A stretch of 64,000 nucleotides of DNA, from positions 156,323-220,322 of the forward strand of contig SHBD01000002.1 in NCBI GenBank assembly GCA_004212735.1. The letters run 5' to 3'. Below are positions 8,090-17,124 of the stretch, piece by piece; positions within the stretch are counted from its first letter, which is position 1, and each line of letters starts with the position of its first letter. The stretch is from SAR116 cluster bacterium (GTDB taxonomy: Bacteria; Pseudomonadota; Alphaproteobacteria; Puniceispirillales; Puniceispirillaceae). A program made the position numbers and the translations under genes. The notes beneath the pieces are model-generated. The model did not search any database. It had not been told where the DNA came from and worked only from the letters and a program-made list of their open reading frames with translations.

Positions 8090-9379
8090 ATGGACCGTTT
8101 TTTTGGCATTTCCCATAACGGCAGCACATATCGCAAGGAAATCACCGCTGGATTCAGCACATTTCTGACGATGTCATTCATTGTTGCCGTCAATCCCATG
8201 TTTCTGGCAGATGCAGGAATCCCTTTTGCAGCTGCGTTTGTTGCCACAATTCTGGCCACGGTGCTTGGCACTGTGATCATGGGTGTCTGGGCCAACTGGC
8301 CTGTCGCTGTTGCCCCGGGCATGGGGCTGAATGCCTATTTTGCCTACGGGCTAGTAATGGGTCAGAATTTCAGCTGGCAGCAGGCACTGGCAGCGGTATT
8401 TGTGGCCTCGGTGCTGTTTCTGTTGTTTTCGCTCAGCCGGCTACGCAGCTGGCTGATTGGTGCAATTCCGCGGGACCTTCAGGCTGGCATTACTGCTGGG
8501 ATTGGTCTGTTCCTTGCGATGATTGGACTGCAGGGAATGGGGCTGGTTGCTGATGACCCCGACACGTTACTGCGGCTTGGGGTGATGAGTGCCCCGGAAT
8601 TGCTGCTATCGCTGGCCGGATTAATGATGATGGCCGGCTTGGCGGCGCGTGGCGTCAGAGGTGGCGTGCTTCTCACTATTTTGGGCCTCAGCCTGATCGG
8701 CTGGATTAGCGGACTTGCAGAGTTTCGCGGTGTTTTAGGGTCACCACCCGTGGCCAGCGCTGCGTTCCAATTGGATTTTTCACAACTTGCCAGCTTTGGG
8801 TTTTTGTCGGTGGTGTTTGTCCTGTTCTTTCTCGATTTCTTTGACACAACTGGAACGCTGACCGGAATTGCCACAATTGCGGGCAAGCGCAAGCAGGATG
8901 GCAGCATCGACAATCTCGACCGCGCGATTTTGGCAGATACAAGTGCCAGTGTTGTCGGTAGCCTACTGGGAACCTCAAGTATGACCACCTATCTTGAGAG
9001 CGCCACCGGCATTCGGGATGGTGGGCGAACGGGTCTGACAGCGCTCACCGTTGCCGCGCTGTTCCTGTGTTGTCTGTTTCTGGAACCCCTGTTTGCATCA
9101 ATACCGGCCTTTGCAACCGCACCGGCGCTGGTCTTTGTTGCTGCGAGTTTTCTGGCCCCTCTTCGCGATCTGGATTGGGAGGATATGGCCGTTGCCATGC
9201 CGGTTATGTTGATGGCGATCTTAATGCCACTCACATTTTCGATTGCGGCTGGCATTGCCATCGGCTTTCTGGCTTATGTGCTCATCCATCTGCTTGCTGG
9301 CAGAAGACACAGTATCAACGCAGGCACCTATGTCATCACCGGCTTTGGATGCCTTTGGATGGCTACGCCCTTTATCTAG
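8090..9379 (+). CDS. NCS2-family purine (adenine/guanine/hypoxanthine) permease
   Basis: 429 aa. The N-terminus MDRFFGISHNGSTYRKEITAGFSTFLTMSFIVAVNP is characteristic of AzgA/PurP-type permeases. Confidence 0.85.
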   Translation: MDRFFGISHNGSTYRKEITAGFSTFLTMSFIVAVNPMFLADAGIPFAAAFVATILATVLGTVIMGVWANWPVAVAPGMGLNAYFAYGLVMGQNFSWQQALAAVFVASVLFLLFSLSRLRSWLIGAIPRDLQAGITAGIGLFLAMIGLQGMGLVADDPDTLLRLGVMSAPELLLSLAGLMMMAGLAARGVRGGVLLTILGLSLIGWISGLAEFRGVLGSPPVASAAFQLDFSQLASFGFLSVVFVLFFLDFFDTTGTLTGIATIAGKRKQDGSIDNLDRAILADTSASVVGSLLGTSSMTTYLESATGIRDGGRTGLTALTVAALFLCCLFLEPLFASIPAFATAPALVFVAASFLAPLRDLDWEDMAVAMPVMLMAILMPLTFSIAAGIAIGFLAYVLIHLLAGRRHSINAGTYVITGFGCLWMATPFI

Positions 9380-10068
9380 GCAATAACACCGTCGGTGACG
9401 GCGGCAATCACAGCACCCATCGCCTCAACCGGCGCAATTAGCGCATAGCCGTCACCACCACTGGTGGCGGCTATTTTCACTGGCGTATCACTAACTTCAT
9501 TGGATATACCAATCATCTCACCGGGGGCCATCTCCAATCCCGTGAGAGGCCATCGCAGTCCCATCGATGACTCGAATGATTGTCGGCCAAGTGGCCAGAC
9601 GGAAATACGACTGCCAAGTGGCAACGCTACCTCAACATCCCCGGTGAGGCGCAATAAGACATCAGTATCACCCGCGAGTAAAACGGGCCGATCATGACGC
9701 AAACACATCAATGCATGGATGGCCGCGAGCGAATGGTCGAAGCGCGCCTCCAGAAAGCCAAGACAGATGATTAGCGGTGCCTCGATGCGAGCGAGGCATT
9801 TTTCGAAATCTGTATCATCCTGTCCTTTAAGATGTATCAGCTCCACCGAGGATGGCAGCGCATCGCGTGAAATCAGTGAGTCCATATCACCGATCACCAC
9901 ATCTGGCACCTTGCCAAGGGCCAGTAGCGCTGACGCCCCACCATCAGCCGCTATCAGAGGCAGGTCTCCCGGCAAGCTTGTCAGAACGGGTTTGATAGCG
10001 ACGGGCGCCGCACCAACCAGAATGACAGCAGTCGAAAAACGCATCACATCTTTGGCAACTTTTGGCAT
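9376..10068 (-). CDS. thiamine pyrophosphokinase
   Basis: IAADGGA...PDVVIGDMDS...GQDDTDFEKCL...FDHSLA motifs of TPK. Start uncertain (10068 or 10044; the ORF is open to 10131). Confidence 0.7.
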   Translation of the reverse strand: MPKVAKDVMRFSTAVILVGAAPVAIKPVLTSLPGDLPLIAADGGASALLALGKVPDVVIGDMDSLISRDALPSSVELIHLKGQDDTDFEKCLARIEAPLIICLGFLEARFDHSLAAIHALMCLRHDRPVLLAGDTDVLLRLTGDVEVALPLGSRISVWPLGRQSFESSMGLRWPLTGLEMAPGEMIGISNEVSDTPVKIAATSGGDGYALIAPVEAMGAVIAAVTDGVIA

Positions 10069-10158
10069 AGGCTTTTGTGCCGAATTATCGCTGACAACGC
10101 AATGGTCGACTACACGGCAAAGACGCGCCACTCTGGCGGCGCGCCCTGATTGTTTTGC

Positions 10159-11589
10159 CTATTGCTCGCGAAATGCCACCGAGAGTGATTTCTGGATTGG
10201 TGTCATGATATAATTCATGATCGTTCGCTTTTCGCCAAGAATATCGACGGTCAGTGGCATGCCAGCAACAATTTCCGGTTTCTTCGCCGATTTGGTTAAT
10301 TCAGCCTTCGGGATGACAATCATAGTCTCGTAAAAAGGCATCTGATTTTCCATCTGCGTGGTGTTATTGGCCACCCGCTCAACCACCCCCATAAGCACGC
10401 CATACCTTGAGGGGTCATAGGCCGAGAGTGAAATTCTGGCCGTTTGACCGGGCTGTACCGACGCCACCTTTTGTGGAGGAATTTGCGCGCGGACCAACAA
10501 AGCCGCCTCAGCTGGAACAATATCCGCCAGAACTGTCCCTGCCTGAACAACAGCCCCTCTGGTCTTTATGTGAACCGCCGAGACTGTTCCCGAGAGAGGG
10601 GCGCGAATGTCGGCATGACGAACCTTGCCCTGAAGGGCATCTTTGCGAGACAGGAATTGTGCTGCCTTGGTCTGCGCGTCGACAAGACCCTCGGCCGCCT
10701 CTGCGCGGAAACTGATCTGAAGCGACTCCATCTCACGAATTTTACCAGCAAGGTCCGAGCGATGGGCGTCAGCGGCAAGCCGCGCAAGCTCCGCGGCACC
10801 CTCGGCCTGTTGATGCCGCGTGCGTGCGGACAGCAGTGATGCACGAGGCTCATGTCCGGCTTCCACAAGCGGCTTCAGCAAAGCGATTTCTTCGCTGATC
10901 AACATTGCCTGACTTGATGAAATACGTGCTTCTGCGACCTTTTCGGCAATGCTCCGTTCCAAGGTCTCCACTGCCTAGCGCAACACAGACAGGCGCGATT
11001 CGATTGCGGCACGGCGGCTCTGGAACAAGGATTGCTCTTTAGCGACGGCGTCTGGCGCAACCTTGATTAGCTCTGCTGGAAATACGGCTTGTTCATGCCC
11101 AAGCATTTCAGCCGTCAGCCTGATCTCTGAGGCACGCGCTGCATAAAGGCTGATCTCATTGTCAGCAAAATTGGCCAGCACATCCTCATCCTCAAGGCGG
11201 AACATCACCTCTCCTTCCTCGACGAAAGAGCCAAGCTTCACCATTATTTCAACGACGGAACCCGGTAAACGGCTTTGAACATGCTGAACATCAGATGGGG
11301 TGACGATGATACCTTCTGCACGAACCTGCTCATCGATTTCTGCATAAATTGCCCACGTAACCGCAACAATGAAAAATACAGAGATCAGAAAATAGAGCTT
11401 TTGTCCGCGCATTCCGCTCTCTTCTTCTGTCATATCGGGAGCGCTATGATCCACCGGCGGTCCACCCATCATCATTGGAGGCGGTCCATAGATGCGGTTG
11501 AACAATGCCTTGAACGGGTATGTCAGAATTTTCCAGAGGCCCGTGAGCAGTCTGAAAGGCAAAAGAAGTAAGGTTATGATGACGTTCAA
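10159..11589 (-). pseudogene. HlyD-family type I secretion membrane-fusion protein interrupted by one in-frame TAG
   Basis: ORFs 10975-11589 and 10159-10971 are in the same frame. The minus strand reads GTG TTG CGC TAG GCA GTG GAG ACC. Together they form one ~475-aa HlyD-type protein: TM anchor, coiled-coil, then the barrel-sandwich motif IRAPLSGTV. Confidence 0.7.
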
Positions 11590-11647
11590 GACACTCTCCT
11601 GAAATGATAAATTTCTAACTTTGATTTTTGGCCAATTCCTGCAGGTC

Positions 11648-13375
11648 TCAGCTCGCCGATCCAGCAGAAGTGGCTACAGGACTTGGTTTCAGCACTTGAT
11701 CCTTTGGACCGAAGGCAGCAATTCTTCCTTCCTCCAGAGCCAGCACTTTGTCTGCCATCTGCAACATGGCACCACGATGGGTAATGAAAATTGTCGTTAG
11801 GCCTTTTGTCGCCACCTCAAGACTCTGCACCATCGCCATCTCTGCAGCGTTATCCAGCGGTGCCGTCGGCTCATCCATCAATAGAATGTTCGGCTTGCCA
11901 ACCAGCGCCCTCGCAATTGCCACCGTCTGGCGCATACCAACCGACAGCTCCTGACCACGCTCAGACAGGGGAAAATCAAAACCACCGGGCAGCATGCCTA
12001 TGAAGGCCTCAGCCCCCGACAGTCGCGCTGCCTCCAACAAATCCTCGTCGCTGGCACTGGGATTACCCATGAGAATATTGTCCCGTATCGACCCAGAGAA
12101 CAGGACGGGGTTCTGCATTACCACCCCGATATTGCGCCGCACATCCTCGGGGCGAATTTGCCGAATATCGGCATTGTCTACCAACACCGACCCCTTGTCG
12201 GGTGGGTTGAGGCCACAGAGCAGGCGCAACAGGGTCGTCTTGCCGGAGCCAAACCGCCCTACGATGGCAAGCCTCTCTCCTGCATTCAGCTTAAAATTGA
12301 TGTCCGTCAGAACAGCTTCGGGCTGTTCCTCATAAGTAAAGGACACGTTGCGAAATTCAACGTCACCCTTGATGGCAGGACGAGCAACCTGCTCAGCGCG
12401 ATCCTCCTCCTCCGATGGTGTGCCGAGAATTTCATCTAAACCCTTATAGGCAGAGAGCGCAGAATTCATCTTTCCCAACAAGCCCGTCAACTGGCCCAGT
12501 GGAGCCATTGTCCGGCCTGATAAAATGACGCAGGCGATCAACTGTCCCATTGTAAGGCCACCCTCAGCAATCAGAAAAACCCCATAGACGACAATGATTA
12601 CCTGACTGCTCTGCTGGCAGAACTGAAAGAATTGCATGGCAAGTTGGCTGGTAAATTTTGTTTTGGTTGTCGATTTCCCCTGATGAATTACCGAGTTCAG
12701 CCATCTGTTACGCAACATTGAAATACCCTGGACCGTCTTTACTGTTTCCAGCGCAGAGATCATTTCGACCATAACGGCCTGCTTTGATTTGCCCTGAGAC
12801 TGACTAAGCTCCGTCATCCTTCTTATGATCGGCTGGAGACCGAGCGAAAACAGGATGACCACCGGCACAATGAGGGCCGGCACAATCGCTATCGGGCCAC
12901 CAATCAGATACAGCACCCAGATAAACAGCAGGATAAAGGGAAGATCAGCAAACACTGTGAAGCTGGCGGAGCCGATCACATCCTTAAGCATATCAAAATT
13001 GCGTACCGTGCCGGCGGGCGCTCCGGTTGCCGTTTTTGACATGGTGGCGTCATGACGGGCAATCCGGTCGAACAGCGCTGTCGATACCTGTTTGTCAACG
13101 CGCGCGCTGGCCGTATCAACGAAAATCCCTCGAAGAATTTTCATCGCAAGGTCGAAAAGAATGACGACAGCAATCATGGAGGTCAGAGCCCAAAGCGACT
13201 CAATCGCATTATTTGGCACGACCCGATCATAGACCGTCATGATGTAGAGTGATGAGGCAAGGGCAAACAAATTGATCAACACCGACGCCCAGATCACCTG
13301 AAAATAGACTTTCTTGCAGGCGAGAATCGGACCAAAAAACCAGTGGTCCTTCTGTGTTCTAACTTTCTTTAACAT
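11648..13375 (-). CDS. type I secretion ABC transporter (PrtD/HasD-type, no C39 domain)
   Basis: 575 aa with a six-TM domain and an NBD. Walker A GRFGSGKTT, Walker B ILLMDEPT, H-loop ITHR. The signature motif is degenerate (LSVGM). Confidence 0.85.
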   Translation of the reverse strand: MLKKVRTQKDHWFFGPILACKKVYFQVIWASVLINLFALASSLYIMTVYDRVVPNNAIESLWALTSMIAVVILFDLAMKILRGIFVDTASARVDKQVSTALFDRIARHDATMSKTATGAPAGTVRNFDMLKDVIGSASFTVFADLPFILLFIWVLYLIGGPIAIVPALIVPVVILFSLGLQPIIRRMTELSQSQGKSKQAVMVEMISALETVKTVQGISMLRNRWLNSVIHQGKSTTKTKFTSQLAMQFFQFCQQSSQVIIVVYGVFLIAEGGLTMGQLIACVILSGRTMAPLGQLTGLLGKMNSALSAYKGLDEILGTPSEEEDRAEQVARPAIKGDVEFRNVSFTYEEQPEAVLTDINFKLNAGERLAIVGRFGSGKTTLLRLLCGLNPPDKGSVLVDNADIRQIRPEDVRRNIGVVMQNPVLFSGSIRDNILMGNPSASDEDLLEAARLSGAEAFIGMLPGGFDFPLSERGQELSVGMRQTVAIARALVGKPNILLMDEPTAPLDNAAEMAMVQSLEVATKGLTTIFITHRGAMLQMADKVLALEEGRIAAFGPKDQVLKPSPVATSAGSAS

Positions 13376-14793
13376 CCATTTTCTCCAACTCTGAGGTCCA
13401 GCACGTCGTCCAGCTGTTCAGCAAGAAACAATGCGTTGGCACGCACGGCTTCACTCTCAATTTCAAGTTCAATAAGGCGAGTCTGAGCATCACCAACCTG
13501 CACTTGCAGCTGGGCAATCTGGAGGGGTGAACTCACCGTCTGGCCTTGAATGGCCAACAAAGATTTCATCCGCTGCTTGAGTTCCTGAAGGCGGGCGCGG
13601 GCTTCCTTGTCCTCGCGCACCAGATTGGTGAATCGACTGCTCACCTTTTCCATTTCGATATCATGCTCGCGATATAACGCGTTTAGGCTGGATTTCAGTT
13701 CCCGGCTCCGCCACGAAGTTTCACGAAGGCGGGCCTTGGCGGCACCGCCATCATAAAGTGGCATCCGCATCTCAAGCCGTCCAACCAGCTCATATTCATC
13801 CTTATAGTCACTGACATCGAACACCTTGCCATCAAGCACACCCTCGAGCCTTGGATAGCGGCTGCCCCTGATCTGTTTTTCCTCATGGCCAACCACCTGC
13901 ATGCGAAGCCGCACTGCATGGGACTTGTCAGTCCGGTCTGCTGCCAGATGGGCGAGCGCATCAGGCCGATGGAACCAGAAACTGGCAACCACGAAATCAG
14001 CATCTTCTGGCAGCAATTCAAAATCGGTTGCCAGCTGATCAACCAAAATGTCACGTTGAGCCTTGATTCTGTTAAGCTGGATTTCCAGGTCGAGGGCGAT
14101 AAGACGGGCTTCACGCAACTCGGACACCCTGCCAGCACCTGCCTCAACACGCGATCTTACAATCTCGATTTGCTCAGCAACCACCTCGGCATTGGCATTG
14201 AGCGAAAACAGGGTCCGGTCGTATAATCGCAACTGCAACCCGAGGCTAAGAAGATCAAATCCACGCTGGCTGAGAATCTGCGCCGCCTCGATACGGGCCA
14301 CCTGATGCTCAAGTTCACGTGCCTCAATGCCGGCGCGCCTCTGGCCCCAATCCCATAGTGTGTAGCTCAAGCTCACATTCGCATCATAAATATTGTTGTT
14401 TTCCTCGTAGTTATAGTCACGCCGATGGGCACCACTGGCGTTAATTTCCCTCTCCTCAGGGGTGCGTTGACGCCTATCAAACACGGATGAAGTACCCGGA
14501 TCCTTCTTGATCCGGCCAGCGATACGCTTGCCGCCCGTTATGGACCCGCTGATCTGGGGACGCGCCTCTGCCCGGCGCAACCCAAGCCGATGCACGGCCT
14601 GACAGGCGCGCGCATTTGCCTCTGCCACCCGAGGGTCGAGAAAGAGAGAGCGCCGGACGTGGTCAGGCAATACCGTTTCGCTATCGGGTAAATTTGCGGC
14701 TGATCGCTCGACATCGACATGGTGGCTGGCCTGCTGCGCGTTGGCATCAGACGAGACAACAGCAGAAAGCAGGCATAATGCAGCGATCGCCAT
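13369..14793 (-). CDS. TolC-family outer-membrane channel of the type I secretion locus
   Basis: Two coiled-coil/beta repeats. Signal peptide MAIAALCLLSAVVSSDANA if the start is 14793 (the ORF is open to 14940). Overlaps the ABC gene start by 7 nt. Confidence 0.8.
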   Translation of the reverse strand: MAIAALCLLSAVVSSDANAQQASHHVDVERSAANLPDSETVLPDHVRRSLFLDPRVAEANARACQAVHRLGLRRAEARPQISGSITGGKRIAGRIKKDPGTSSVFDRRQRTPEEREINASGAHRRDYNYEENNNIYDANVSLSYTLWDWGQRRAGIEARELEHQVARIEAAQILSQRGFDLLSLGLQLRLYDRTLFSLNANAEVVAEQIEIVRSRVEAGAGRVSELREARLIALDLEIQLNRIKAQRDILVDQLATDFELLPEDADFVVASFWFHRPDALAHLAADRTDKSHAVRLRMQVVGHEEKQIRGSRYPRLEGVLDGKVFDVSDYKDEYELVGRLEMRMPLYDGGAAKARLRETSWRSRELKSSLNALYREHDIEMEKVSSRFTNLVREDKEARARLQELKQRMKSLLAIQGQTVSSPLQIAQLQVQVGDAQTRLIELEIESEAVRANALFLAEQLDDVLDLRVGENGC

Positions 14794-15519
14794 CAACAGA
14801 TCTTTTGGCAAGCAGAGGGTCTGAGACACGTTCAGCAAAGTGCCTATACATGAACTCGCTGCATCATGATGCGATGGTTCTTGTGTTAATGGATTTTGAG
14901 GTTTGCTGCAGACATATCCAAATGGACTAAAACATTTCATTGACGCACTCTCTCATTCGGTTCTCAATTGCCCAGGGTGGAATTTTGAGAAGCCAGAATA
15001 GAGGTAGAGACGTTAATTTTTCGTAAACGAAACCTCTGAAAAAGGGTAGATGTCCCCTTTTCTGGTTCGCATTTTCATCAATAAAGTTAAAAATTCATTA
15101 ATCAAAAAATTAGAGAAACATCTTTTTGAAGCACAGCATCAGATGTTTGACAAAGCAACCAATCTCATATTCTTGCCAAATTTTTACTGAAAACTGTTGT
15201 AGTGTTCTTGTTTCAAAGGGTGGGAAAATTGAAATTCCTCATGATCATATGATTATGAATGATAGAAATTTTATTATTTCATCGCGCAGAACACGTTTAT
15301 TTGCCTTGGGCCTGAGTGATCAATTTCGTTAATATCTCGCTTTTTCACGCTAAAATTTACCGATGACGTTGGCAAAACACTGCTACACTCCGGCGGTGGG
15401 GTATATCGCGGGTTGCACCATTCTTTCTCCTTTCGGGGTTACGTATCGTCGTGACTCTTGCAATATCCAATCTGGGGTTATCCGAGACTGAGCAAGTGTG
15501 AACCGATCAGGGTTACGAT

Positions 15520-16026
15520 ATGTTTGACATCATTTTATTCACACCGCAGATTCCGCCAAATACGGGGAATATCATCCGGCTTTGTGCCAATACGGGTTCT
15601 CGCCTGCATCTGATTCGCCCTCTTGGCTTCAACCTTGATGAAAAAGCTGTCCGCCGTGCAGGCCTCGATTATCACGAGATGGCGTTGGTAAAAGAGTATG
15701 AGAGCCTCGATGAATGTCGTTCAGCTCTGCAGCAGTCAGAAATTTTTGTGGCCACAAAATTTGCGAGCCAGACCCACAATCAACCGACCTACGGCTTGAA
15801 CACCGCCTTCCTGTTCGGTGCTGAGACGACGGGACTTCCAGATGCGGTTCACGACATGTTTGCCGATGACAGAAAGATCCGCCTGCCGATGCTTGCCGAT
15901 AACCGTAGCCTCAATTTGGGCAATGCTGTCTCCGTCGTGATCTACGAGGCATGGCGCCAATGTGACTTTACCAACAGTGTCGCGCCACTGCCAAAGCTGC
16001 CCAGCCAGTCAAAGGACACCAAATGA
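15520..16026 (+). CDS. trmL: tRNA (cytidine/uridine-2-prime-O-)-methyltransferase TrmL (SpoU family)
   Basis: MFDIILFTPQIPPNTGNIIRLCANTG...LIRPLGF...RAGLDYH is the TrmL signature. 168 aa. Confidence 0.85.
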   Translation: MFDIILFTPQIPPNTGNIIRLCANTGSRLHLIRPLGFNLDEKAVRRAGLDYHEMALVKEYESLDECRSALQQSEIFVATKFASQTHNQPTYGLNTAFLFGAETTGLPDAVHDMFADDRKIRLPMLADNRSLNLGNAVSVVIYEAWRQCDFTNSVAPLPKLPSQSKDTK

Positions 16027-17039
16027 GCAACGACATGATCCCACTTGACGTGGTTGCACCGCAGGAAGGTCAGATCAAGCAACTGGCCGATGATCTTTTC
16101 TGGTTCCGCTTTACCCTGCCCTTCCGGCTCAATCACATAAATCTTTTTGCCCTTGAGACAACAGCGGGGTGGTTGCTGCTCGATTGTGGACTCAATGCAG
16201 AAAGCAATGCTGCGCAATGGCCCGCCATTCTGGCAAAGCTGCAGGCCAAAAAGCCAATTATTGGCATTATCGTGTCACATCATCATGCTGATCATGTTGG
16301 ATATGCCGGCGCCTTGGCCGGCATCACGGGCGCGCCGATTTTCATGGGTGAACGAGAATATGAGGAAACAGCGCTGTTGCTTGGTTACAGCGACAAAGAA
16401 GCAGCGGATATCGGCGGTAGCGCCTATGCCAATTTTGGGCTTGGCGACATCGGGGTTGGCCGTCGCCGCGATCGTGGCAACTATTTTCGAACCCTTGTCG
16501 GTGATTTGCCAGAGGTGCAAATTGTCGAACCTGGCCATAGTTTCCAAACTGCAGCCGGCGTTTGGGAGGTTCGATTTGATGCCGGCCATTCACCGGGTCA
16601 TATGGGCCTGATGGACCACGCACGCCATCTCTATATCGGTTTCGATTTTTTGTTGCCACGGATTTCACCAAATATCTCGGTGGCACTGCGTGAACCAGAT
16701 CATGATGTTTTGGCAGATTACTTTGCATATCTTGAGGAGATGCGGGGGCTTGAAGATGACTGGTTGATCATCCCGGGCCATGACTGGCCATTCTACGGTG
16801 GCGCGCCCCGCGCGTCTAAACTGATTGCGCATCACGAACACCGGCTTGAACAATTGCTGAATGCTGGCGGACCGCTGACAACAAATGACGCCATGGCACT
16901 ATTGTTCCCGTTCGAATTAACCGATCATGAGATATATTTCGCCAGTTGTGAGGCAAGAGCCCATCTCAACCATCTCGTTACCCTCAACAAAATGACGCGA
17001 TTAACAAAAGACGACATTGCAATTTTCGCTCCGATGTGA
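16023..17039 (+). CDS. MBL-fold metallo-hydrolase
   Basis: HxHxDH motif (SHHHADHVG) plus downstream His/Asp ligands. The start overlaps the trmL stop (ATGA). Confidence 0.8.
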   Translation: MSNDMIPLDVVAPQEGQIKQLADDLFWFRFTLPFRLNHINLFALETTAGWLLLDCGLNAESNAAQWPAILAKLQAKKPIIGIIVSHHHADHVGYAGALAGITGAPIFMGEREYEETALLLGYSDKEAADIGGSAYANFGLGDIGVGRRRDRGNYFRTLVGDLPEVQIVEPGHSFQTAAGVWEVRFDAGHSPGHMGLMDHARHLYIGFDFLLPRISPNISVALREPDHDVLADYFAYLEEMRGLEDDWLIIPGHDWPFYGGAPRASKLIAHHEHRLEQLLNAGGPLTTNDAMALLFPFELTDHEIYFASCEARAHLNHLVTLNKMTRLTKDDIAIFAPM

Positions 17040-17124
17040 ACTCCGATGCGAACAAGGCAGCGATTGACTTGATGGTGGCAACGCGGCAAAAACAGGGCGA
17101 TTTTCCCGCGCTTGACGAGGAAGG

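Noticed and set aside
8479-9261. Minus-strand ORFs (169, 90 and 90 aa) inside the purine permease gene, and similar antisense ORFs inside most large genes (for example 32584-33036, 52031-52663, 53159-53695, 59756-60349)
   Set aside because: They lie opposite genes with clear family motifs. Their Pro/Arg/Ser-rich composition is typical of antisense frames in moderately GC-rich DNA.
10975-10977. Reading the in-frame TAG of the HlyD gene as pyrrolysine, given that an MttB-family gene is in the same window
   Set aside because: The MttB homologue here has no in-frame TAG, so it is a non-Pyl type. No pylT/pylS/pylBCD genes are visible. HlyD proteins have no known Pyl residue. A nonsense mutation or a sequencing error is far more likely.
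15126-15332. 68-aa ORF in the AT-rich spacer
   Set aside because: No ribosome-binding site and an AT-driven composition (Ile/Asn/Phe/Cys). It is most likely non-coding.
17040-17124. Possible SAM-II/SAM-V riboswitch upstream of metY (GCGATT...CTTGA...GGCAAAAAC and a second GCGATTTTCCCGCGCTTGA)
   Set aside because: These are fragments reminiscent of the SAM-II core. I could not find the complementary AAAGC(U) pseudoknot strand or a consistent P1 helix. The question is unresolved without a covariance-model scan (Rfam RF00521/RF01826). A significant hit would reverse this rejection.
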